Origin: an uncultured Polyangiales bacterium
GTDB lineage: Bacteria; Myxococcota_A; Polyangia; Polyangiales; DASUME01
Length of the DNA: 25,734 nt
Reading direction: 5' to 3'
Assembly (NCBI GenBank): GCA_964651185.1
Contig: CAZYWR010000349.1
Coordinates: 1-25,734, forward strand
Shown: positions 1-8,365 of the stretch, in pieces
Layout: every line of letters starts with the position of its first letter
How positions within the stretch are numbered: the stretch's first letter is position 1
Program-made: the position numbers and the translations under genes
Notes under the pieces: model-generated
Databases searched by the model: none
Told to the model about the DNA's origin: nothing
Seen by the model: only the letters and a program-made list of their open reading frames with translations

Positions 1-806
1 CCATCGGCGCCAACGTTTCCGAATTGCCGGTAGGTCGCCGCGGCGTCGCCTTCCTGGATCGCCGACCAGGCGGCGCCCCGGACGATGTGGCATGGATAGT
101 CCGTGTAGGGATAATCGGGACCCGTGGGGTCCGTATCCGGCTTCGAGTCGTGCATGCCGCAGAGATCTGCCACCCATTCTTTGGCGTTGCCGGACATGTC
201 GTCGAGGCCAAAAAAGCTACGCCCTTTCGGGTAGCTCCCCACGTCGACAAGCTCGGCTCCGCCCAGCTTATACGGGCCGGACCAGTACTCGCGGGTCGGC
301 GCCTGGTTGCCCCATGGATAGAGCCTTCCGTCCGTGCCGCGGGCCGCGAACTCCCATTCCGCTTCCGTGGGAAGGCGACCCCCAAGCCAACGGCAGAACG
401 TGACGGCCTCCTCCCATTCGACGAAGTCTTTGGGTTGATGAAGCAATTGCTTCGCCCGCGGCAGAGCCGTGGGAGACCGATAGCATGCGCCCGCGTCCTG
501 ACACGCGACGTACGCTTGCTGGGTGACCTCGGTCCGGTCGATACAGAACGCGCGCGTGAGCGTGACGCGGCGTGGCTTGAGCTGCCACATCGGCCAAATG
601 TGGACCTTCGTCCCCATCTCGAACGCCCCCGCCGGCACGAGCACGGCACCCTTGGGGCATTGCGGCGACGAGCAGCCAGCGCAGACGCTCATGACGACGC
701 CAAGCACTAGCGCGCAGCTGACGATCGCGATCGCACGCGTCGACGCGCGCGACCCGTATGAAGACGAACTACGACTCGACGACTGATGGAATGCATCCGC
801 GCGCAT
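1..806 (-). CDS. FGE-sulfatase (SUMF1/EgtB/PvdO-family) domain protein, probable lipoprotein; 3' end runs off the left edge
   Basis: Not in the ORF track. My translation from ATG 806: MRADAFHQ...AIAIVSCALVLGVVMSVCAGCSSPQCPKGAVLVPAGAFEMG...FCIDRTEVT...RLPTEAEWEFAARGTDGRLYPWG...FGLDDMSGNAKEWV...IVRGAAW. These are hallmark FGE-domain motifs. The ATG overlaps the upstream TGA (TGATG). A hydrophobic stretch followed by AGC resembles a lipobox. Confidence 0.9.
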   Translation of the reverse strand, partial: MRADAFHQSSSRSSSSYGSRASTRAIAIVSCALVLGVVMSVCAGCSSPQCPKGAVLVPAGAFEMGTKVHIWPMWQLKPRRVTLTRAFCIDRTEVTQQAYVACQDAGACYRSPTALPRAKQLLHQPKDFVEWEEAVTFCRWLGGRLPTEAEWEFAARGTDGRLYPWGNQAPTREYWSGPYKLGGAELVDVGSYPKGRSFFGLDDMSGNAKEWVADLCGMHDSKPDTDPTGPDYPYTDYPCHIVRGAAWSAIQEGDAAATYRQFGNVGAD

Positions 807-2140
807 CAGGTCAACACTCCGAATAGTCGTTCGAGTTTGTCCGCCGTCACATCATCGAGCTCGTCCGCCGGCTCGCGTTGCAGTGCGGTGCGCTGAAAGA
901 GCGCGAGGGCTTCGCGCGTCCGAGGCCCCAGCAAGCCGTCGGTCTCTCCACAAGAAAACCCGAGAGCGTTGAGGCGAGCCTGCAAGGCGCAAATGGTCTC
1001 GTTTTCCGCGGACGTTTGCCCGCTTGTCACGTCCTCCGCGCTCTTGTGAAGAGGCGTTAGGCGGTTTGTCTCGAACGCCCACGTCAGGCCACGTGCCGGT
1101 AGTGCCACGCGGACGCGGCGCACGCTCACTGGAACGCGCTCGACGAGCTTGCCCGCGCCGTCGGTTGAACCCGTGCGTGGGGGTTCGTTGGGGTGGTCCG
1201 TGAGCCGGAGCTCATAGGCTTGTGCCTTGAACGGTCGCCCGTGGTGATCGCGCAAGATGACCCGGAACTCAACATCCGGAACGTCGACTACCAACCGATA
1301 CGTCGCGTCCGTCGCACGCACGATCTCACGCACCTCGCGTGGCGGAAGGGTCAGCTCGTCGCCCGGCCAGAGCACGTGCGGGCACTTGCGTTTCTTACGG
1401 AGCGCGTCGTTTTTCTGGTCGTTCCACACGCGCTTCCAGTCGGAGATGCCGTATCGGTGGGCAATACCAGTTAGACTCTCGCCGCGCTGCACCACGTGCC
1501 TTCGCGCACGATCGTTGCTGCTCGAAATATCGGGAGTACTGCCGTCGTCAGGTCGCCAGAGGCCGCCATCGTGCGACGTCACCCGGATCACGCACCGGCC
1601 TTGTACGATGGGATCAAAGCGCGCGCGGCCGCGCTCGTCGCTGACGAGCGTGCGCACCTCGCCATCCGCGAGCACGACCTCGCAGACGACATGACCAACC
1701 GGCGCGCCATCCGGGTCCACGGTCTCGAGCGCCAAGAATCCGCGCGGGAGCGTGAGCGGAACCTGCGGCAGCGGATCGACGACCGGCAGCGGCGTCCTCG
1801 CAGGGGGCGGCTCGCGCTTGCGCCGCGCCACGTAGAGGCAAGCGTGCCGAGGCGGATCGTCGTCAGTCGGGAACACGTCGCCTAGACCGTCGAGCAGCGC
1901 GTCGAGCATCGCAGACGTCGACTCATACGCAGACGTGGAAAACACGTGGCAAAAGATGTGCTTGATGCGCTGGCGATCGCCGTCGAGCTCGGCTCGTAGC
2001 ACGTGGCGCGCTTCCGCCACGCGTAGGAGCTCATACCATTCGTAGTGGGCTGGGCGCGGCGTGGCGCGCCAGCGGCTCGGCGCCACCAGCACGAGGTCTT
2101 CCCAGGAACGGCATGCACGAAGGTAGTCGTCGTCGAACAC
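806..2140 (-). CDS. LysM + C-terminal peptidoglycan-binding (PG_binding_1-like) domain protein, 444 aa
   Basis: LysM motif HVVQRGESLTGIAHRYG...LWPGDELTLP; PGBD motif LQARLNALGFSCGETDGLLGPRTREALALFQ. GTG start with GGAG 5 nt upstream; in-frame stop at 2174-2176 limits extension. Confidence 0.85.
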   Translation of the reverse strand: MFDDDYLRACRSWEDLVLVAPSRWRATPRPAHYEWYELLRVAEARHVLRAELDGDRQRIKHIFCHVFSTSAYESTSAMLDALLDGLGDVFPTDDDPPRHACLYVARRKREPPPARTPLPVVDPLPQVPLTLPRGFLALETVDPDGAPVGHVVCEVVLADGEVRTLVSDERGRARFDPIVQGRCVIRVTSHDGGLWRPDDGSTPDISSSNDRARRHVVQRGESLTGIAHRYGISDWKRVWNDQKNDALRKKRKCPHVLWPGDELTLPPREVREIVRATDATYRLVVDVPDVEFRVILRDHHGRPFKAQAYELRLTDHPNEPPRTGSTDGAGKLVERVPVSVRRVRVALPARGLTWAFETNRLTPLHKSAEDVTSGQTSAENETICALQARLNALGFSCGETDGLLGPRTREALALFQRTALQREPADELDDVTADKLERLFGVLT

Positions 2141-2226
2141 GGAAGCTCCGTGGGAATCGCGATCGGCTCCGTTCTACATGCAACCAGCAGAGCGCGCGAG
2201 CACCCCGCGGGATGACGGTTGGATCG

Positions 2227-2242
2227 CGCCACCTGCACGCCA
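2227..2242 (-). promoter_or_regulatory. Possible sigma54 (-24/-12) promoter for the LysM-FGE pair
   Basis: Minus strand reads TGGCGTGCAGGTGGCG: correct GG-N10-GC spacing, partial match to TGGCACG-N4-TTGC, about 87 nt upstream of the GTG. Confidence 0.3.
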
Positions 2243-2403
2243 AAACAGGAGCAAAGTGCAGCATCGTTGCAGGCAGGAGTCGTGCGCGCGATCCATCCGC
2301 GCCTCATCTCGCCGGCACAGCGTAGCGCTACTCATGAGCCGATGGCGATGGGTGCGCGGCGGGTGATGCTGGTCGAGCAGCGCTGAATCCCTGCGCGCGT
2401 GCG

Positions 2404-3903
2404 CTACCCGCGCAAGAGCGCAGGGAAGTTGCGGCGGCCGGGGAAGTCGAGGGCGAGGGCTTGGGCGAGGATGCTGTAGACGTCGCCTTCGGCGAGGCTC
2501 TGCTGTTTGTCGGGGGTGCCGGTTTGAGGGTCGAAGCCGTAGGTGAGGCCGGTCTTGGGGTCCACGCCGCCGTAGATGGCGTTGCCTTGGAGTAAGGGGG
2601 AGATGAGGACCGAGCCGTTGTTCATGTGGTGGCCGGTGCCCCAGGCGGCGGCGTCTTTGCTGCGCGTCTTGTCGCGGCCGAACTCCGTCGCGATGTAGAT
2701 CAGCGAGCGGTCCCACATCTTACCTAGCGCGGGATCGCCTAGATAATCGTAAGTCTTGAGTAAGGTGATGAGCTGATCGAGCAAGCTCGCGGTGCGGCCC
2801 CACATGATGCTTTGCACGATGCGATGCAGGTTGTGGGAGAAGTCGAACGCGATCGGTGTGCCGGTGATCTCGCCGTCGGCCAACACGACGGGGTCCGGCT
2901 TGTGGCCGAGCGTGACGCTCACGGAGACGCCGTAGTAAGCGAGCAAGAACGCCAGCGCGACTTGGGCTTGCGTATTGTCTTGGTCGAGCAGGGGCAGGCG
3001 CTGGCGCAAATCGGCTGCGAGCGGCGACGTTTGCAAGCCGTACTTCGGATCGACTTGCGTGGGGTCGAGCAGGAGCAGCTTGTCGACCAAGCCCGCCTGC
3101 TCGAGCACGACGCTCGTCTGACTGCGCGTGGACAGATACTTGCTCAGACGCGGGCTGTCGCGGAAGGTTCGCGCGAACAGCGAGCGCCGGTCGAGCTCGT
3201 TACGCACCATGCGCGCGTTTTCGATGAGCTCGCCCGCCGGAGCCCCGGCTATGCCGCGATAGCCATGCGTTCCTGCCGCGAACAAGAGCGGGGTGGCGAT
3301 GATCTCATGACGCGCCTCTTGCGGGACGGTGTTATCGAGGCCGTGCCGGAGATAGCCGTCGACGGACATGTTGCAGCTCGGCAGCGGCATGCCGCCGCCG
3401 TAGCGTATGGCGGCCTCTTCCATGATCGTGCGGCCGCGGTTGATGCCGGAGCCGTTGAGCGCGCGCTGCTGGCCGACGGCGTGGTTTACGCTCGATACGC
3501 CGTGCGCCACGATCGCCATGTCTTGGCCGTGGCGCACCAAGAGATCGCCCATCTCGGGCGGTGTGGCGTAGAAGCTGTAGTTGCCGAGCAGCTTCACGTA
3601 GCGGATGTTGCTGCCCGCGGGCTGCGCCACGAGCTGCTCCGGGAAGACATTCAATGTGCTCGCGAGATCGGTGTCACCGACTTCCGTGTCCACGATGGGC
3701 AGGAAGCTATCGATGATGCTCGCGCCGCCGTGCGCGCAGAACACGAACAAGAGCTTGCGGTCTTGCGGAGCGACGGCGGTGGGCATCGTTTGGCCGCGCA
3801 CGTGCCGCGTCTTCAGCATTGCGCTCACACCAGCCGCGACGGCGCCGGCCGCTCCAAGCTGCATCAGACGCCTTCGACTGAATTTTGGATCTCGCATACC
3901 CAT
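2404..3903 (-). CDS. DUF1501-like protein with twin-arginine (Tat) signal, 499 aa
   Basis: N-terminus KFSRRRLMQLGAAGAVAAGVSA (Tat-like); LLFVFCAHGGASIIDSF, FDFSHNLH, IYIATEFGR, GTGHH, ISPLLQGNAIYGG motifs resemble DUF1501. Confidence 0.75.
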   Translation of the reverse strand: MGMRDPKFSRRRLMQLGAAGAVAAGVSAMLKTRHVRGQTMPTAVAPQDRKLLFVFCAHGGASIIDSFLPIVDTEVGDTDLASTLNVFPEQLVAQPAGSNIRYVKLLGNYSFYATPPEMGDLLVRHGQDMAIVAHGVSSVNHAVGQQRALNGSGINRGRTIMEEAAIRYGGGMPLPSCNMSVDGYLRHGLDNTVPQEARHEIIATPLLFAAGTHGYRGIAGAPAGELIENARMVRNELDRRSLFARTFRDSPRLSKYLSTRSQTSVVLEQAGLVDKLLLLDPTQVDPKYGLQTSPLAADLRQRLPLLDQDNTQAQVALAFLLAYYGVSVSVTLGHKPDPVVLADGEITGTPIAFDFSHNLHRIVQSIMWGRTASLLDQLITLLKTYDYLGDPALGKMWDRSLIYIATEFGRDKTRSKDAAAWGTGHHMNNGSVLISPLLQGNAIYGGVDPKTGLTYGFDPQTGTPDKQQSLAEGDVYSILAQALALDFPGRRNFPALLRG

Positions 3904-3910
3904 CCCGGAG

Positions 3911-4557
3911 TCAGAAGAACAGAAACTCAGTCGTGGAGCCGATCGCGAAGCAGCTCAACGTGGCGAAGTCTGCCGCGGGCACGGGCTTCCCAGCTTGGTC
4001 GCGCGTCAACGCCGCCACCAACGGGAGCTCGTGCGCGTCCGGATCGCGCGCCAGAAGGCGCCGGTAGAGCGCGCTGACCGTCTCCGTGACGCTGGGATGG
4101 CCCGGCTCGGGGGCGTCGCCTTCGAGATCGAGCGCGCCGAACACGCGCGCCGCTTGCGGTCCGGCCGCGCGATCGAGCGCGACTCGCTGGCCGCACGCGC
4201 TCAAGAGCACGCGATCGATCGCGGTGGGCGTCGTCGCGAGCGGCTCGGCGCTCGGCTCGAGCAGACCGGTCGCGAACGGGTCGTTGCCGCCGAGCGGCAC
4301 CAGGTGCACCTCATGGATGCACGACGCGCGACCGAGCTCGTTGCACAGCTCTTCGGGCGCAAGCTCGAGCGCGCGCGTCAGATCAGCCTCGAGCGCGGCG
4401 TAGCGCTTCCACTGCAGGTTGGGCTGCGTGGACGCCCGGTACGCCGCCGTCTCCGTGTTCGGGAGGGCCGGCTGTGGTTCCGATCCTTTGGAACAACCGC
4501 TCGCCATGGCGAAAGCCAGGCTCAGGACCGCAGCCCATGAAAAACCCGATCGCTTCA

Positions 4558-4561
<4 letters not shown>
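3911..4561 (-). CDS. Hypothetical lipoprotein, 216 aa (middle gene of the operon)
   Basis: ATG 4561 overlaps the upstream TGA (ATGA). MMKRSGFSWAAVLSLAFAMASG-C is a lipobox. The ORF-track extension to 4759 overlaps the upstream gene and is unlikely. Confidence 0.8.
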
Positions 4562-6036
<1,475 letters not shown>

Positions 6037-6069
6037 GGCCACCTTGTAACGTGTAGACCAACCGCGTCG

Positions 6070-6300
6070 CAATCGTGCGTTCGTGGTTTGGCCCGTGGTC
6101 GTCCGCAAGCGTGCGGGCGCGCGCTGCAAGCAGCTGCAGCGCCAGCTCGCTCACGCTCAGCTTGCCCTCGCTGACGAGCGCGAGCGCGCGCTCCCTGCGC
6201 ACCTCGTCCAGCACGCGGCGGTACGACGTGCACGCCGAGGCGAGCCTTCGGCGCAACGTGCGCTTACTCATGCCGAGGATCGTCGCCAGACCGGGGGGCT
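6070..6300 (-). pseudogene. Remnant of an AraC-family transcriptional regulator (C-terminal HTH only)
   Basis: EQPPGLATILGMSKRTLRRRLASACTSYRRVLDEVRRERALALVSEGKLSVSELALQL matches the AraC HTH pattern. There is no N-terminal sensor domain (in-frame stop near 6380), and the GFxxxSxFxRAF second helix pair is broken after 6132. Confidence 0.7.
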
Positions 6301-6341
6301 GCTCGGCGTACGGAAGCTGACCGCTACAGGGGCGATCAGCG

Positions 6342-6382
6342 AGATGACTTGACGAGTCATCTTCATCTGACCATAAAGGTCA
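6342..6382. promoter_or_regulatory. Two palindromic operators overlapping a sigma70-like promoter of the TA operon
   Basis: AGATGACT-N5-AGTCATCT (6342-6362) and TGACC-N5-GGTCA (6368-6382); TTGACG (6349-6354)-N17-CATAAA (6372-6377). Confidence 0.7.
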
Positions 6383-6612
6383 TGGCGCAGCGCGGGGTGG
6401 AGGTGCAGGTGCTCGAGCGCGGCGTGCCCATCGCGTGGCTGGTCGCCATGCCGGCGCGGCCGGAGGCCAAAGAAGCCGGGCTCGAACGTCTCGTGCAGTC
6501 TGGCATCGTTCGACGCGGCCACGGCAAGATCAAGGCGCTGCTCTCGCGCAGGATCTCCACGCGCGCCGAAGTCCAGGTGGCGCTCGACGAAGACCGCGAG
6601 GACCGGCTTTGA
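6382..6612 (+). CDS. Phd/YefM-type (VapB-like) antitoxin, apparently N-terminally shortened, 76 aa
   Basis: RGVEVQVLERGVPIAWLV matches the Phd beta2-beta3 motif; C-terminal ALDEDREDRL; stop overlaps the toxin start (TTGA). ATG 6382 is preferred over TTG 6349, which coincides with the -35 box. Confidence 0.7.
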   Translation: MAQRGVEVQVLERGVPIAWLVAMPARPEAKEAGLERLVQSGIVRRGHGKIKALLSRRISTRAEVQVALDEDREDRL

Positions 6613-7039
6613 GGTACTGGGATGCCTCCGCACTGCTTCCGCTGATCGTGACGGAGCCCGGCAGCAAGTTTGTGGATGGTTGGATGCGCAGCGACGATGG
6701 CGTGTGCACCTGGGGCACGACGCGCGTCGAGCTCTCCTCCGCGGTCGAACGCCCCGCGCGCGAGGGAGCGCTCACGCGGAACCAACGCCGCGACGCGCTG
6801 AAGCTCATCAGCGAGCTCGCGAGCGCAGCGACCGAGGTGATCTCGAAGCCGTACGCGTGCGCGCGACGTCGGTTCTGGCGCGGCACGCCCTGCGGGCTGC
6901 CGACGCGGCTCAGCTAGGTGCGGAGCTCGTCATCGCGGAAGGAGGCTTGCGCAACCTTCCGTTCGTCAGCCTCGATCAGAGGCTCGCCGATGCGGCCGCG
7001 CGCGAGGGCTTCGAGGTCCTCACCTGGGACGAGCCCTGA
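6609..7039 (+). pseudogene. vapC: PIN-domain VapC toxin with a frameshift at about 6837-6843
   Basis: Frame 1: MRYWDASALLPLI...RVELSSAVER...ATEV. Frame 2: DLEAVRVRATSVLARHALRAADAAQLGA...FVSLDQRLADAAAREGFEVL. All four acidic PIN residues are present. The span is 431 nt, one base short of a 143-aa ORF. Confidence 0.85.
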
Positions 7040-7070
7040 TCCGCAGGTGTATGGCGCGGCGCACCTCGCG

Positions 7071-7997
7071 TCAGCAAGGCAGCGACAAAGCTCGCGCGCG
7101 ACGATGGCGCACCTTGCGCCGACTCGCGAGCGCGACGAGCGTCATCAGCGCGAGGCTTCCCTGTAGATCCCCGCGGCCCGTGCTGCAGCCGGAATCCGAA
7201 TCTGAGTGCTTCGCTTCCGAGTCGTCTCCGGCGTCCGCCAGCGGTGCGCCTGCATCGCTCGCTGCGCCGGCGTCGTGCGAGACCGCGGGGGCGCGGGCAT
7301 CATCGTTGCCGGATGTCGGCGCGCGACCTGCATCCAGGGTCGCGCCGGTCGCGGCGTCGGTCGCAGCCGGCGCCGTGGCCCCCGCATCGCTGTGAGGGCC
7401 TTCTGCGCCTGCATCCACGGGACCGCTGTTCGCGCCTGCATCGCCGGCGGCGCCCGCGTCTTGCGTGGGCTTCATGTACTTTGCGCCAGGCGAGAGAACG
7501 GCGACCTCAACGCGCAAGTCCGTGGGCACGTATTGCGGGTCGCCCTGCGGCTTGTTGTTGTTCGTGTCCTTGAGGATGAGCGGGATCCGCTTGACGCCTT
7601 TGCTCCAGTCGACGCCGGACGGTTGATAAAAATTAGAAAACGCGGTGGTCCACTCGTATTCGCCCGTCGTCGTGTAGACCGGCGATTGATCCGTGCAGCT
7701 GAATTGCGGCGTGCCCTCGAAGCAGACTTGGAAGCGCGTGGGCGCGTTGGTCGGCTTGGTCTTCACTTGCAGAAGCACGTGCACCGAGCCACTCGCGTAG
7801 TCCACGGGCGCCTTCCAGTTCGCTGGCGTGCTCGGCGAGGGATCGACGTAGTAGTGCGAGTCCGTCGTGGTGTCCGCAGCGTGCGTATATGTGACATCCA
7901 CCGCGATGAACTGCTCTGCACGCGCCTTGTCGCTGGCCGCCCACACGACGCAAGCAGCGCTCCAGCTAATAAAAATAAGGTGCGGTCGGTTCAGCAC
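7071..7997 (-). CDS. Secreted protein with MYXO-CTERM-like C-terminal anchor, 308 aa
   Basis: GTG 7997 with GGAG 7 nt upstream; signal peptide ending ARA-EQ; globular domain; DAG-rich linker; tail SDSGCSTGRGDLQGSLALMTLVALASRRKVR (GC, hydrophobic, basic). Confidence 0.8.
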   Translation of the reverse strand: MLNRPHLIFISWSAACVVWAASDKARAEQFIAVDVTYTHAADTTTDSHYYVDPSPSTPANWKAPVDYASGSVHVLLQVKTKPTNAPTRFQVCFEGTPQFSCTDQSPVYTTTGEYEWTTAFSNFYQPSGVDWSKGVKRIPLILKDTNNNKPQGDPQYVPTDLRVEVAVLSPGAKYMKPTQDAGAAGDAGANSGPVDAGAEGPHSDAGATAPAATDAATGATLDAGRAPTSGNDDARAPAVSHDAGAASDAGAPLADAGDDSEAKHSDSDSGCSTGRGDLQGSLALMTLVALASRRKVRHRRARALSLPC

Positions 7998-8020
7998 GTG
8001 ACAGCTCCGCTCTGAGTTGA

Positions 8021-8287
8021 GAGCTCCCACGCTACCGGTGCCGGCAGCCCGACGCAATGCGTGTGCTCCCCGGGAGCCCCCAATCCACAGCCCCGCTTGC
8101 GTCGAGGGCTCCCGGGAGCCCTCCAGTACCGACGTGTTCCTTCGAAGGCGCTCCCGGAGGCCTTCCAAAGCCTTCGAGCGACATCGCCGAGCCCCCCAGG
8201 AGCTCTTCAAACCTCGTGATCGCGTTAATCGACCTCACCAGGGCTCCCGGGAACCCTGGCAGCTTTTGCCATCGACTGGGTCCCTGG
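8021..8287. repeat. Array of five clear (up to seven) degenerate palindromes with core GCTCCCGGGAGC and unrelated spacers
   Basis: 8065-8077 GCTCCC-C-GGGAGC; 8104-8123 perfect 20-bp GAGGGCTCCCGGGAGCCCTC; 8144-8165 GAAGGC..GCCTTC; 8189-8205 GAGC..GCTC; 8238-8259 CCAGGGCTCCCGGGAACCCTGG (1 mismatch); half-sites at 8021-8028 and 8278-8287. Confidence 0.75.
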
Positions 8288-8328
8288 CGCATAGCGCACC
8301 CCGTCCGATGAGGCGGCGCCCCGCGCGC

Positions 8329-8357
8329 TTGACCGCAGGTACGGCGGTCACTATTTC
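8329..8357 (+). promoter_or_regulatory. Inverted repeat overlapping a putative -35/-10 promoter of the 8366 gene
   Basis: TGACCGC-N7-GCGGTCA (8330-8350); TTGACC (8329-8334)-N17-TATTTC (8352-8357); ATG at 8366. Confidence 0.45.
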
Positions 8358-8365
8358 GATGTGCC

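Noticed and set aside
1-120. FGE C-terminus as a diversity-generating retroelement variable region
   Set aside because: No template repeat or reverse transcriptase in the window; cannot be tested because the gene is cut by the edge.
24-710. 228-aa plus-strand ORF
   Set aside because: In-register antisense shadow of the FGE-domain gene; no motifs of its own.
1-3903. FGE protein as maturase for the DUF1501-like protein
   Set aside because: The FGE domain lacks the catalytic Cys pair after RGxxW (reads RGAAWSAIQEG), and the DUF1501-like protein lacks a CxPxR motif.
2812-4540. Long plus-strand ORFs (421 and 311 aa)
   Set aside because: Antisense shadows of the DUF1501 operon, expected from GC-rich codon bias.
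6340-7070. TA cassette as a bounded mobile element
   Set aside because: No transposase, integrase, terminal inverted repeats or target-site duplication found.
8021-8287. Calling the palindrome array a CRISPR
   Set aside because: Repeats are short and divergent, spacers are only about 20-32 nt and irregular, and there are no cas genes or AT-rich leader. Kept as an unexplained repeat.
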